DNA of 64,000 bases from Candidatus Latescibacterota bacterium (GCA_965217585.1 OZ244561.1:2880001-2944000); one strand, 5' to 3'. Shown: positions 48,845 to 58,932, counted from the first letter of the stretch. The notes: generated by a model not told the origin, from the sequence alone. Numbers and translations are program-made.

Positions 48845-49139
48845 AGAGCGGCAGCATCTCCTGACGGACAAGGGGTTCTAGCCACCGGTTCAGCCCTGAA
48901 AACAGATCGACCTTGTGTCCTAGGATATTCTCCAACTCTTCATGCCATATAAAAAATTCCCAGCCCGGGGTCTGCCCAGGCAAAAACTCCACTAGAACAT
49001 CCACGTCGCTGCGAACCGGATCAAAATCATCCCGCAGGACCGAGCCAAATAGACTCAGCCGGCCTATCCCGTGCGTACGGCAGAAGACGGCGATTTTTTT
49101 CTGATCAATTTTGATGGGTAAATTTTTAGCTGACGCCAT
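48831..49139 (-). CDS. Minimal nucleotidyltransferase (MNT antitoxin)
   Basis: LSLFGSVLRDDF...SDVDVLVEF...LENILGHKVDL. Confidence 0.88.
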   Translation of the reverse strand: MASAKNLPIKIDQKKIAVFCRTHGIGRLSLFGSVLRDDFDPVRSDVDVLVEFLPGQTPGWEFFIWHEELENILGHKVDLFSGLNRWLEPLVRQEMLPLYEQA

Positions 49140-49186
49140 AACGGGAATTATAGACAGGGTTCTTTGATAGTGGCAAGTACGATTGC

Positions 49187-50089
49187 TTACCCCTTCACCG
49201 CCCCTAGCTGAATCCCGCTGATAAACCACCGCTGAAAAAAGACGAAAACCGCGATCATCGGCACGAGCATCAGCACCGACCCCGCGCAAATCAGCCCGTA
49301 GTCGTTGACATAGAGATCCGACAGCTTGGCCAAGCCCACCGGCAGCACCATCATCGAATCCGAATCCGTCATAATCAGCGGCCAGAGAAAGGCCCGCCAA
49401 CGCCCGAGGAAGGTAAAGATCGCCAGGGCCCCCAGCGCCGGCTTGGACAGCGGCACCACCACGTGCCAAAACACGCCCCACGCCGAGCATCCGTCGATGA
49501 GCGCCGCCTCCTCGATCTCGCGCGAAATGCTCAGCAAAAACTGCCGCAGCATGAACGTCCCATAGGCACTAAAACACCCCGGTGCGATGAGTGCGAAGAA
49601 ACTGTCCAGTCCCACTGGATGGCCGATATAATGACTCCCTAAGTAGAGGAAACCGCTAAAAAAATCCGTTGCTAACACCACGTTCAGGAATTCGGGGATC
49701 TTCTTCATCAGCACGAATTGCGGGATCATCAGCACGTCGGCCGGAATCATCATCGTCGATAGATAGCCGAGAAAGAGCACGTCGCGGCCCCGGAACTGCA
49801 AGCGGGCAAAGGCGTACGCCGCTAGTGCGCTGGTGGCGACTTGGACCACGGTAACTGCGGTGGCGATGAACAGCGAATTGGCGTAGTAGCGGAGGAAGGA
49901 GAAGGCGTGGAACACGCCGGTGTAGTTGTCCGTTGTCCAGCGCGGCGGAATCCACCCGAGCGTCACATCGACGTTGTATTTGAAGGAAGTGAGCAGGGTC
50001 CACACCAGCGGCACCACCATGCCACTGAGTACGAGTAGCAAGATCGCATAGATGAAGACGGTTGATTGGTACTGACGCCAGCGCACCAT
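49187..50089 (-). CDS. Carbohydrate ABC importer permease (MalG-like)
   Basis: EIEEAALIDGCS EAA loop; AAYAFARLQFRGR. Confidence 0.92.
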   Translation of the reverse strand: MVRWRQYQSTVFIYAILLLVLSGMVVPLVWTLLTSFKYNVDVTLGWIPPRWTTDNYTGVFHAFSFLRYYANSLFIATAVTVVQVATSALAAYAFARLQFRGRDVLFLGYLSTMMIPADVLMIPQFVLMKKIPEFLNVVLATDFFSGFLYLGSHYIGHPVGLDSFFALIAPGCFSAYGTFMLRQFLLSISREIEEAALIDGCSAWGVFWHVVVPLSKPALGALAIFTFLGRWRAFLWPLIMTDSDSMMVLPVGLAKLSDLYVNDYGLICAGSVLMLVPMIAVFVFFQRWFISGIQLGAVKG

Positions 50090-51033
50090 TAGATGGCCTC
50101 CAGCCGCTTGCCGCCGTAGCGCCAGTTGAGCAAAGTCGCCGCGAAAATCAGCGCGAAGAGCACCATTGAAATCGCCGCGGCGTACCCTACTTCTAGCTGC
50201 TCGTAAGCTTGGGTGTAGATGTAGTAGCTCATGGTGGTCGTCGATCCCTCGGGGCCGCCCCCGGTCATTACATAAGCAGCCTCAAAGCCGCCTTGCAGAC
50301 CACCGATTACGCTGGTGACGAGGATGAAAAACGTCGTGGGCGCTAGCTGCGGCACAGTGATGTGAATGAGTTGTGCCCACCAGCCCGCTCCGTCCATTTC
50401 AGCGGCCTCGTAGAGCTCGAGCGGGATGTTTTGCAAGCCGGCTAGGTAGAGAACCATGTTGTAGCCGCCGACGCTGGCCCAGATAAACATGATGATCAAC
50501 GCGGGCTTGGCCCAAGCCGCGTCGATGAGCCACCCCGGCAGGAGCGCGGCGGCCTGCTCGGGTGCGATCCCCAACACCCCAAAGACCTGCCACAAAAGCC
50601 CGTTGACGATGCCGACGTTGGGTTCGTAGGTCAGGAGCATCTTCCAGACCATATAGATGGCGATGCCCGTACACAGGTGGGGAATAAAGAATAGGGTGCG
50701 GAAGAAGATGCGGCCGGGCAGTTCTTTGTTTAACAGCACGGCCAAGAGCAGGGAGCCGACCATGGCGAGCGGGATGTTGAGCATCAAAAAGAGCGTGTTG
50801 CCGAGGTACTTCCAAAAGTATGGGTCGCGCGCCACCCACTCGCCGTCGGTCTTTTTGAAGAGCACTAGATCCGCAAAGTTATCCAGCCCGATGAAGACGG
50901 GTGCGCCCGAGGCGAGCTGATAGCGGTAGAAGCCCATGCCCGCAGCCACTATGACCGGCCCGAGCGCAAAGATGAGAAAGCCGACGAAATTGGGCAGCAG
51001 AAAGAAGAAGGCGGCTTTGTTTTGGTTCTTCAT
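50089..51033 (-). CDS. Carbohydrate ABC importer permease (MalF-like)
   Basis: Start MKNQNKAAFF overlaps the binding-protein stop; ELYEAAEMDGAG. Confidence 0.92.
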   Translation of the reverse strand: MKNQNKAAFFFLLPNFVGFLIFALGPVIVAAGMGFYRYQLASGAPVFIGLDNFADLVLFKKTDGEWVARDPYFWKYLGNTLFLMLNIPLAMVGSLLLAVLLNKELPGRIFFRTLFFIPHLCTGIAIYMVWKMLLTYEPNVGIVNGLLWQVFGVLGIAPEQAAALLPGWLIDAAWAKPALIIMFIWASVGGYNMVLYLAGLQNIPLELYEAAEMDGAGWWAQLIHITVPQLAPTTFFILVTSVIGGLQGGFEAAYVMTGGGPEGSTTTMSYYIYTQAYEQLEVGYAAAISMVLFALIFAATLLNWRYGGKRLEAI

Positions 51034-52322
51034 CGAGGGATTTCTTCGGCGTATATACTCTGGAGGTACGCGTTGGTCACTTGATGGGCCTCGGCGAGGG
51101 CTTCGGCCACACTCTCGCGGCCGGTGAGGGCTGCGTCGAGTTCGTCGAGCATCCGGCGGTAGAGGTCCTCCCACCACAGTTCTTGAGGGAAGAGCCGGAC
51201 ATTGTAGTCCATCGAGCGCACGAAGACCTCCTCCTCGTAGGGCGTTGACGCCCGCGGATAGGTACTGCGGGCCACCGAGCGTTGCGGCGGTAGGTCGCTG
51301 CCGAGCTTGGCCATCTTGGTCGTCGCCTCGGCTGAGACCATGTGCTTGAGCACGTCCCAGGCGACTTCTGGCTCGCGCGTGCCCTTCCAGATCGTAAAAC
51401 CGACGCTGGCGTAGCGCGTCTGTCGGCCGGCCGGTCCCTTGGGAAAGAGCGCCGTGTCCCACTCGAAGCGGTCCAAAAGCTGGAAGGTCGGCAGCATCCA
51501 CGGCCCCATGATGCCGATGGCGATCCGCCCGGCCTCAAACGTGAAGGTGCTCATGGCGTTGTCGCTGCGCACTCCAGGGCGAGGTGGGCTGACTTTGTGC
51601 TTAAAGTAGAGATCGACATAGAACTGCACTGCTTGGGCGACTCGCGGATCGTCGAGGTTGGAAACGTAACGCCCGTTTTCCAATCGCAGGAAGTCCCCGC
51701 CCATACTCCACACGTAGCTGGCGATGTCGTACGGGGTGCAGCCGTAGATGTCTGGCAGGCCGTCTTGGTCTTCGTCGATGGTCAGGGTTTTGGCCTTGGC
51801 TAGGAGATCGTCGAGCGTCCAGTCGTCGGTGGGATAGCTGACGCCGTAGCGGTCGAAGAGGTCCTTGTTGTAAAAGCAGGTAATGGTGCTGCCTTTGACC
51901 GGAATGCCGTAGAGCACGTCGTGGTAGGTGTACCCTTGCAGGCCCACCGGATAGTAATCGTCGGTGTCGATCTGGTCGCGCCGCACCAAGTCGTCGAGCG
52001 GCAAAAGCTGCCCGGTGCTAGCTACTTGGGACATCTGCCGCCAGTGCAATACGCAGATGTCGGGGGCGTGGCCGGCGTCCATGCCCGTCAGCAGCTTTTG
52101 CACGACGCTGCGGCTGGGCACTACCTCTAAACGCAGGCGAACTTCCGGGTGCTGCTGGCGGTATTCGGCGGCGACCCTGCGGTACAGCTCGGCCTCTTGC
52201 GGCGAGCCATATACCCACATGGTCAGCACCTCTTCGGCTGGGTACCAGTGGATGGAGAGGACGCCCCAGAGTGCCCCGGCAGCTAGTGCCGCGACGATCC
52301 CCAAGCGAACAAACGGCGGCAA
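51030..52322 (-). CDS. Sugar ABC transporter substrate-binding protein
   Basis: N-terminal anchor; APDI, LYGIP, FYNKDLFD, GPW motifs. Confidence 0.9.
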   Translation of the reverse strand: MPPFVRLGIVAALAAGALWGVLSIHWYPAEEVLTMWVYGSPQEAELYRRVAAEYRQQHPEVRLRLEVVPSRSVVQKLLTGMDAGHAPDICVLHWRQMSQVASTGQLLPLDDLVRRDQIDTDDYYPVGLQGYTYHDVLYGIPVKGSTITCFYNKDLFDRYGVSYPTDDWTLDDLLAKAKTLTIDEDQDGLPDIYGCTPYDIASYVWSMGGDFLRLENGRYVSNLDDPRVAQAVQFYVDLYFKHKVSPPRPGVRSDNAMSTFTFEAGRIAIGIMGPWMLPTFQLLDRFEWDTALFPKGPAGRQTRYASVGFTIWKGTREPEVAWDVLKHMVSAEATTKMAKLGSDLPPQRSVARSTYPRASTPYEEEVFVRSMDYNVRLFPQELWWEDLYRRMLDELDAALTGRESVAEALAEAHQVTNAYLQSIYAEEIPR

Positions 52323-52330
52323 GGCGCGGT

Positions 52331-53197
52331 CTAGCCGGTGGCGAATACTTTTTCTTGCAGCGGCTTTTGTAGCTCGTAGATGCCGCCACCGCTGCGCGAC
52401 CCGGCGGGCATGCGCGTGCGAGCGGTCATCGACACGAGGCGAAAATCGTAGGTGGGTTCGCCGCGCAGAATGTTGGCGTTAAAGGACTCCCAATTGCCCA
52501 CTCCGCCGAGAGGCCAGGCGTCCACGGCCGCGTACTGATACAGCAAGAGCCGCCGGGACATACCCGAGCGGTTGAGCGCCGAGCCGTGCAAGGTGCGGGC
52601 GTGGTGGATGGAAAGCGACCCGGCTTTCATCTCTAGGGGCACGGCCGACGTGAGGTTGATATGGTCGCGACCGGGGCTGATAGCCCCGATGAAGTAGCCA
52701 TCTTGATGGTGATCGAGGATCGGCCCCCGGTGAGAGTCGGGCACTACCATCATGCAGCCGTTTGCTCGCGTGGCGTCGTCCAGCGCAATCCCCACGGCGC
52801 ACAAATCGTCGTTGGTGTGCGGATAATGGGCAAAGTCTTGGTGCCATTCGACCGGGCTGCCGCCGTCGGCCGGCTTCATGTTGAGCTTGTTACCTTGGGC
52901 GCGAATGGCCGGGCCGATTAGAGGCGTCAACAGGTCTAGAATGCGGCTGTCGCGCATCAAGCCGTCGAAGAAGGGGTGATAACTCACCGGCGCGCTCAAG
53001 CGGCGCACCTTGGGGTTTTCGGGTGTGTGATCCGGCTCTAGATCGAAGTGCCCGCCCTGCTCGGAGACGTGCCGCGACTGCTCGACGAAGTCATCGACAA
53101 TCGCGTGTGCTTCCTCCAACTCGTCTGGGCGCAACACATCCGCGACGACCAGATAGCCATGTTCGCGATAGAAATCGACCTGTTCCTGGGTGAGCAT
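52331..53197 (-). CDS. Phytanoyl-CoA dioxygenase (PhyH) family protein
   Basis: AGGAGG RBS then MLTQEQVDFYREHGYL; WHQD; LHGSALNRS. Confidence 0.92.
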   Translation of the reverse strand: MLTQEQVDFYREHGYLVVADVLRPDELEEAHAIVDDFVEQSRHVSEQGGHFDLEPDHTPENPKVRRLSAPVSYHPFFDGLMRDSRILDLLTPLIGPAIRAQGNKLNMKPADGGSPVEWHQDFAHYPHTNDDLCAVGIALDDATRANGCMMVVPDSHRGPILDHHQDGYFIGAISPGRDHINLTSAVPLEMKAGSLSIHHARTLHGSALNRSGMSRRLLLYQYAAVDAWPLGGVGNWESFNANILRGEPTYDFRLVSMTARTRMPAGSRSGGGIYELQKPLQEKVFATG

Positions 53198-53216
53198 ATA
53201 GCCTCCTAAAAGTATT

Positions 53217-53250
53217 CGGGCAGGCCCCGCACCTAGGCGAGACCTGCCCG
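53217..53250 (-). terminator. Intergenic stem-loop (terminator or mRNA stabiliser)
   Basis: cgggcagg...cctgcccg arms downstream of the 53280 gene; no clear U-tract. Confidence 0.4.
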
Positions 53251-53279
53251 GAATGGTACTGCGATTGAGATGAAACAGC

Positions 53280-54176
53280 CTAGAACTGGGACTTGATCCG
53301 GCCCCAGCTACTCGCCTCGACGGCCGTGTCCACAGCACCCCAGTCGATGCTGGGATCGGCCGGAGTTAGCAGCAAGTCTTGGGCAGCGTGGCAGCACGAA
53401 ATGGGATTGGTGCTCCACATGCCGATGCGGTTGTCGCCATCGCCATCGCCGCCATCGACGTCGTTGACCGTCAGGGTGATGTGAATGACCCCGCCCTCGG
53501 TCAGGTCGTGGATCTCAACCTGGTCCTCAGTGGCCTCAGCCGAGCGCGGCATCTTCTCGATCGGCAGGATGCGGAGCTCGTAGGTGTACGTGCTCTCACC
53601 GAACTCTTCGCCCTCGTGACTGGAGGCGATCTCGATCCACTGCGAGCCGCTGGTCAGCCACGGCAGGTTGTAGATCGGGCGATACCACTCAAAGGTCTCC
53701 TGGAAAACCGGGAAGGCGAACTTGTAGCTGAAGCCGGTCGCATCGTCGCCGGGATTCAGGTCGTCGCGGCCTTGGTGTGCAGCGTTGAGCTCGTACTCGA
53801 CGCTGTCATCCCAGAAGAATTTGCCTGGGTCTTGACGCTGAGTGATGTGAATGTCGTCGAAGACGCGGCTGGTGATGTACACGTTGTTAGTCCCGTCGTT
53901 CCAGCCGACGAGGTGGCGGATCTGCATCGAGCTGGCGTCCAGCCCGCCTTGCTCGACGTTCTCGCCGGCAAAACCGTGGATCGAATACAAGGACTCGCTG
54001 AAAATCCCGTACGAGTCGAGGGGCACAGGAGCCCACTCGCCAGCGTCGCCGTCGATGACGGGCACGTTGGCATCGGGAAAGTTCACGGCGACCAACAGCC
54101 CGCCAGGCGGCTCATGGGCTTGGGCGGCAACCACAAGGCCCAACGAGGCAAAAGCGGTGGTGAGGAACTTTTTCAT
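53280..54176 (-). CDS. Secreted CBM9/DOMON-like protein with C-terminal AVEASSWGRIK tail
   Basis: Signal peptide MKKFLTTAFASLGLVVAAQA; PVIDGDAGEW...WND...VFDD...DSVE; GGAGG RBS. Confidence 0.7.
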   Translation of the reverse strand: MKKFLTTAFASLGLVVAAQAHEPPGGLLVAVNFPDANVPVIDGDAGEWAPVPLDSYGIFSESLYSIHGFAGENVEQGGLDASSMQIRHLVGWNDGTNNVYITSRVFDDIHITQRQDPGKFFWDDSVEYELNAAHQGRDDLNPGDDATGFSYKFAFPVFQETFEWYRPIYNLPWLTSGSQWIEIASSHEGEEFGESTYTYELRILPIEKMPRSAEATEDQVEIHDLTEGGVIHITLTVNDVDGGDGDGDNRIGMWSTNPISCCHAAQDLLLTPADPSIDWGAVDTAVEASSWGRIKSQF

Positions 54177-54267
54177 GGTGAAGCTACCTCCACGAGATAG
54201 GGTTTAAAGAAGAGAGAAGGTGCGGCAACTTGGCCGCCTTCTCGGTTCCGCAACGAGATAAAAATTC

Positions 54268-54297
54268 AATATAAACGTCCGCAAAAGCGTACGTCAA
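54268..54297 (-). promoter_or_regulatory. Sigma70-like promoter
   Basis: TTGACG-N18-TATATT on the minus strand upstream of 54176. Confidence 0.5.
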
Positions 54298-54300
54298 GGC

Positions 54301-56889
54301 TTAAATCCCCGCGTAAATGGCGATGAAGGATTGGGTTTCGGTGCGCGATGGGGCGTCCTTGAAATTCTTGCGCTCTAGCACCAGCCCAATCACGGTCTGT
54401 AGCTTGTAGCCTTGGTAGGCCGATTCGTTTTTGAACTGAATGCCCCAAGTCAGCGCCGTGAAGTCGTTGGCATCCAAGTCGAAATCGTCGAAGATCAGGT
54501 ACTCTAGGCCCGCTTGTAGCTTGGTGATCTCTAGGACATCGGTGCCCGCCAACAGCGAGAAGAGTTCGGCCAGGGTCGTCCGGCGCTCGTCCGTGAACAG
54601 GTCGCGGCTCTGTTTGATGAACTCGCTCTTCCAGCGCGGTTCTAAATAGAGGGGGCCGAGCGCATGGCGGTAGTGGGCTTTGTTGATCATCCCCAGGAAG
54701 AAATCCGTCTCGGCTAGGCTCCAGCGCTGCCGCCGCTCGGCGTCCATCAATTGGTGAAAGACTACCCAGTTGACCTTGCTTTGTAGGTTTAGCGAAAAGG
54801 CGCGCGCATTGTGGCCGAGGAAGAGCTGGTTGATCCAAGTGTCGCGGGCCAGCAGCGGATCGTCGATCTCAGTCAGCGTGCCGAGGCGCAGCGCGTTGTC
54901 GGGTGCCCACTGCAAGAGCGGGTCGGCGATGTCGTCCTCTACGTGCTTGGTCATGCCGAAGAGGCGCACATCACCGTAGCGCGCCCAGCTCCGGTCGAAC
55001 CGCAGGAGTGCGTACGCACTGTGGTTTTTCTGGTTGGAAGAGATGCGGCCCTCGCGCAGGAGGCCGGCGATGATCTTTAGCTGAGGTGCCAAATAGGTGC
55101 CGACGTACGCGTTGTAGCCTTGGTGGTCGCGCTTGTAGGGGTAATCCGGCTCTTGGTCGTTTTCGTATTGGTCGGTCCAGAAGTTGTTGTTCATGTCAAC
55201 GCCGAAGAGAAATTCGGGCCGATCTACCGCAAAGCGCAGGAAAGGCTCTTCGTAGTCCGGGATCGAGTTGGTGCGCACGCGGCTGTCGTTTTGGTTGATA
55301 TCGGGTACGAAGTCGTTGTTCTGATCCCAACCCGGAAAGACTTGGCGGTCGGGGAAGGCCCAGTCGGCGCGGAAGGTGTCTGGCACCCGGTCTTGGTCGT
55401 CGTTGTCTTCCACTAGATCCATGAGGCTGCGGTCGTTTTGGTAGTCGATGCTGCCGTCGTCTTGGGTGACGAAAGTTTGGGTGTTGTAGCGCGGGTGCAT
55501 ATGATAGGCTTCGCCGTAGATGAAGAAGCGAGACCACTGACGAGACAGATTGAGCATATAGGCTGGCGCGTTGCGCGCACCGACAATGCCGGATGAGGTC
55601 TGGTGTTCTTCGACGAGGATGTTGGGATATTTGCGGTAGTTCCAATTGATGTCGTACTCGCCGTACAGGTCAAAGCCCATCACATCGCTGGCCGCTACCG
55701 TACCGCCGAGGATGTGGGTCGCCGTCGGTAGCCCGGCCTCAAAGCTAATGACGCGCAAGTTAGACAAGTCCACGATGTTGCCCGGCGCTTGCGTCACCAG
55801 CAGAGACACGTCAGAGGTCATCCAGACCTGATAGTCGTTGGCCACTACCAGCCGGAATTCCACTTTGACGATCTCGGTTTTGTCGGCCGCGGCTCGGTTG
55901 ATGAAACTCGCGCTGTCGAAGTCGTAGCGCAGGCGGATTTCGTCGTTGCCGTTGGCCTCGATATAGCCCGGGCGGGGTGCGCCGCCCTCCACCACAGGTT
56001 CAAAGCGGATCTCGCGGCCCGAATCCACGCGGCCATCTCGATAGGTGATGAAGATGTCCGAGCCAGCTGGAAAGTACGCCGCGCCGCCCACGCCGTCGTC
56101 TGGCGAGTCGTCGCGCAGGGCGATTTCGATGCGGGAGATGGTGTGGTTCTGGCCTTGGGTCAGCGACCCGGTTACCCAATTGCTCAACAGAGCCTCTTCC
56201 GAGAGCGAATTGGCTTGATGCGCGTTGGCAGTGTGGATGCCGAGCTCGACGAAGTCGCCGATTTGCACCTCAAAGCGCCCCCCGATCAGAGTGGTGGAAT
56301 TGGTGCGGCGCAGCTCTTGATTGGTGATGCCGCGAGGGGCACTGGCCTGCGCGTAGAGAAACGTGCCCCGGTACTTGTCCATGGCAAAGTCGAACTGCAC
56401 GCCATCGAGGCGCGGTTTGGATAGCACCATGGGCGTCAGCGTGGTGCGGAGATCGCTGCTGATGGTCAGTGCGTAGGCGTATTGCCCTTTTCGCTCGGAG
56501 GCCACCGCGACCTCGGAAAACCAGTTGCGGAAGCGCTGGGCCTCAAACAATACGGTGCCGAATTCCTCGGGGTTGGCCTGAGATACGTTGTATATCAGCC
56601 AGCCCTGATTGAGGAAGTTGCCAAAGGTGTCGTAGAAGTAATCCCCTTCGATGTTGGGACTGACATACCGCTGGTAGGGCACGCGTGCGTAGTTGGTAGT
56701 GCTCCACTGCCGCCAGTGGTGTTCGGCGACCAGCTCTTGGGGCACGTACCAGCGGCGCACCGCCGGGTCCAGGGCCTCCGCGCCTGGGGAAGCCAGCGAT
56801 TGCAGCCCAATTTGAGCTGTGGCCGAGCCGCCGCTTACGGCCCACAAAAGTAGGGCGATCTTGCAGATGTGTTTCGCAGTTTCTGCCAT
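54301..56889 (-). CDS. Secreted hypothetical protein with Asp/Asn-rich Ca-binding-like loops and a putative beta-barrel
   Basis: Signal peptide; VEDNDDQDRVPD, WDQNNDFVPDINQND, VDMNNNFWTDQYEND; amphipathic strands ending FIAIYAGI. Confidence 0.65.
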   Translation of the reverse strand: MAETAKHICKIALLLWAVSGGSATAQIGLQSLASPGAEALDPAVRRWYVPQELVAEHHWRQWSTTNYARVPYQRYVSPNIEGDYFYDTFGNFLNQGWLIYNVSQANPEEFGTVLFEAQRFRNWFSEVAVASERKGQYAYALTISSDLRTTLTPMVLSKPRLDGVQFDFAMDKYRGTFLYAQASAPRGITNQELRRTNSTTLIGGRFEVQIGDFVELGIHTANAHQANSLSEEALLSNWVTGSLTQGQNHTISRIEIALRDDSPDDGVGGAAYFPAGSDIFITYRDGRVDSGREIRFEPVVEGGAPRPGYIEANGNDEIRLRYDFDSASFINRAAADKTEIVKVEFRLVVANDYQVWMTSDVSLLVTQAPGNIVDLSNLRVISFEAGLPTATHILGGTVAASDVMGFDLYGEYDINWNYRKYPNILVEEHQTSSGIVGARNAPAYMLNLSRQWSRFFIYGEAYHMHPRYNTQTFVTQDDGSIDYQNDRSLMDLVEDNDDQDRVPDTFRADWAFPDRQVFPGWDQNNDFVPDINQNDSRVRTNSIPDYEEPFLRFAVDRPEFLFGVDMNNNFWTDQYENDQEPDYPYKRDHQGYNAYVGTYLAPQLKIIAGLLREGRISSNQKNHSAYALLRFDRSWARYGDVRLFGMTKHVEDDIADPLLQWAPDNALRLGTLTEIDDPLLARDTWINQLFLGHNARAFSLNLQSKVNWVVFHQLMDAERRQRWSLAETDFFLGMINKAHYRHALGPLYLEPRWKSEFIKQSRDLFTDERRTTLAELFSLLAGTDVLEITKLQAGLEYLIFDDFDLDANDFTALTWGIQFKNESAYQGYKLQTVIGLVLERKNFKDAPSRTETQSFIAIYAGI

Positions 56890-56897
56890 TTGCTCGC

Positions 56898-58919
56898 TCA
56901 GTAGGCCACAGCTACGGTACCCGCGGCTGCTGAGAGGCCCTTGTCAGTAGTTAGATCGACTTGGTAGAGGTACACGCCTGGGGCGACTAAGTCTCCCTCG
57001 GTGCGACGGCCGTCCCAAACCGCCGCAAAGCTGCCGCTGACGGCTGGCGTGGAGATCACCTCGCGCACTAGCCGGCCGGACAGGTCGAAAATTCGCAGAG
57101 CGATCTGGCGTGGTTCGCCGATGTTGCGCAGATCGTACGAAATCATGGTCTGATCGTTGATCCCGTCGCCATTGGGCGTCAGCGTCGCGGGATGCGCGGT
57201 GACTTTTCGCACGAGTTCGCCGCCGACGGGCGTGCGCACTGATAGGGCGTCGCCGGCAAAGCGGAAAGTCGCATTGCCAGGCCGGACTTGCTGCTTGAGC
57301 TCGGGCTCGGTGCTGTCGTACACCCAACCGGTGAATTCCGCGCCAAAGCGCAGCACCTTGGCGTCGAAGACGACCTCAATGCGGCGCTCGTTGTCGCGCG
57401 GCGCAACAAACGGCTCAAAGCTAATGACGATCCGGTCTTCCTCTAATTGGGGTGGGAAGTCGTCGATGATTTCCCGGCCATCGACCGCGACCGAATGGAC
57501 GGCTTCGGCCGGAACTTGGGTGAAGATCTCCAGCCGGTCGAAGCCCCGGTCGCCGTCTTCGAGTACGGGCCGCACTACATAGGTGAAGGTCTGCGGCTCG
57601 AAGTTCTCGGTCTCAACTGGCCAGATCTCGGCGATCACGTTTTGGGCCGCGGGATCTTCGGCAAACAGCAAGGACATCTCGTCGATGCGCGGCGCTTTGT
57701 TCCCGTCCGAAAACATGACCACTTCTAGCTGCAAGTACTGGCTAGGTCCGGGCGAGAGGAGGGGCGTTCCGTCTTCCCAGCCCACTGCCTCTGGGTTGCG
57801 CAGCCCGGCCGCAAAGTCGTAGGGCGTTGACCAAAAGCTCCAGTTGTCCACGTCGTAGGTCGCTTGGATCTGGCCAAACCGACCCACTTGGTAGGTCGTG
57901 GTGTACTCGTCTTTGGACACCCGCTCAAAGTTACCGGTGCTGCCGATTTTCCAGAACAGATTGGGCTGTGGTGTGGCGCCAGTGCGCGTGCGCAACACGA
58001 GCCGAGTGCCCTCGGGCACTTCGCCCTGCCAGCGGATCTTGCTCCAAGCCACCGGACGGCCAAAATCCAACACGCCCGTGCGATAGGAGGTCTTGGTGAC
58101 GAAGCCCTCGCCGTACACCTCCATTTCGGCGATCTCCCAGGTGCGCTCGGGGTTGACCGGGCGAATGCCGATCCAGCGCAAGTCGCGCGTGGGAAAGCGC
58201 AAGTCCACGACTTGGTCGAGGTTTTCAACGTTGCGCTTTAGGATGTCGAATTCCGGGTCGTTGGTCGAGGTGAGCGAGCGGCTGATGTCATGGTACCAGC
58301 GCTTGCCCGGTGCTTTCTCTTGGGGTGAGGATATAAAAGGCGCGGTGTTATCGGCTACGCCGATTTCGTACCAAGCCAAGTAGTTTTCCTCAAAGCCTGG
58401 TCGCGGATAGAAGCGGATGCGGTTGACTGGCATCTCGGCACCCAAGTTGAGGACCGTGTTTTTTACGTAGCCGATATTGAGGCCAGCTAGGCGCGGTGAG
58501 ATATCGACCGGACGCAAGGTCGCCGTTTCTGGGTCGCCGTCGATCATCACCTGTACTTCTTTGGCCGCCTCGCGGGTATAGCCGGTGGAGACACTCGTGA
58601 AGAGGTTGCCGCCGCGCGCGGTCAGGTTCACGTCTAGCGCGAGGTTGACCGACGGATCGACCCATATTGGCCGGATGGCGTTGTCGTCGTAGGCGATCAT
58701 GGTATCGACGCCTGCTTCCTCCGCGCCGATGGCGATGGGAAGCGTGCCCAAGACCTCGCCTTGGTCGTCAACGATGGAGTACTCGGTCTGCTCGTCGGTG
58801 ATCAGCCCCTGCCAAGAAGTACCCGTCGGGCCGCCGATGTGAAACTCGGCCCGACCCCACACTGCACTGGTGCACCAAGCCGCGAGTACTACGTTCAATA
58901 ACAGCATTCGCTTTAACAC
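56898..58919 (-). CDS. Secreted protein with discoidin-like domain and C-terminal TPNGDG/FlgD-Ig domain
   Basis: Signal peptide; MIDGDPET...NRIRFYPR...EIAEMEVYGEGF; TPNGDGIND...IFDLSGRLV...WDGR...APGVY. Confidence 0.75.
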   Translation of the reverse strand: MLKRMLLLNVVLAAWCTSAVWGRAEFHIGGPTGTSWQGLITDEQTEYSIVDDQGEVLGTLPIAIGAEEAGVDTMIAYDDNAIRPIWVDPSVNLALDVNLTARGGNLFTSVSTGYTREAAKEVQVMIDGDPETATLRPVDISPRLAGLNIGYVKNTVLNLGAEMPVNRIRFYPRPGFEENYLAWYEIGVADNTAPFISSPQEKAPGKRWYHDISRSLTSTNDPEFDILKRNVENLDQVVDLRFPTRDLRWIGIRPVNPERTWEIAEMEVYGEGFVTKTSYRTGVLDFGRPVAWSKIRWQGEVPEGTRLVLRTRTGATPQPNLFWKIGSTGNFERVSKDEYTTTYQVGRFGQIQATYDVDNWSFWSTPYDFAAGLRNPEAVGWEDGTPLLSPGPSQYLQLEVVMFSDGNKAPRIDEMSLLFAEDPAAQNVIAEIWPVETENFEPQTFTYVVRPVLEDGDRGFDRLEIFTQVPAEAVHSVAVDGREIIDDFPPQLEEDRIVISFEPFVAPRDNERRIEVVFDAKVLRFGAEFTGWVYDSTEPELKQQVRPGNATFRFAGDALSVRTPVGGELVRKVTAHPATLTPNGDGINDQTMISYDLRNIGEPRQIALRIFDLSGRLVREVISTPAVSGSFAAVWDGRRTEGDLVAPGVYLYQVDLTTDKGLSAAAGTVAVAY

Positions 58920-58932
58920 GGTCTTTTCTCCC

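Noticed and set aside
51034-51501. Extended starts of ORFs 50089..51501, 58933..61200, 48831..49490, 20901..22088 and 18575..19948
   Set aside because: The extensions overlap neighbouring genes or repeats and lack family similarity; internal starts with an RBS or translational coupling fit better.
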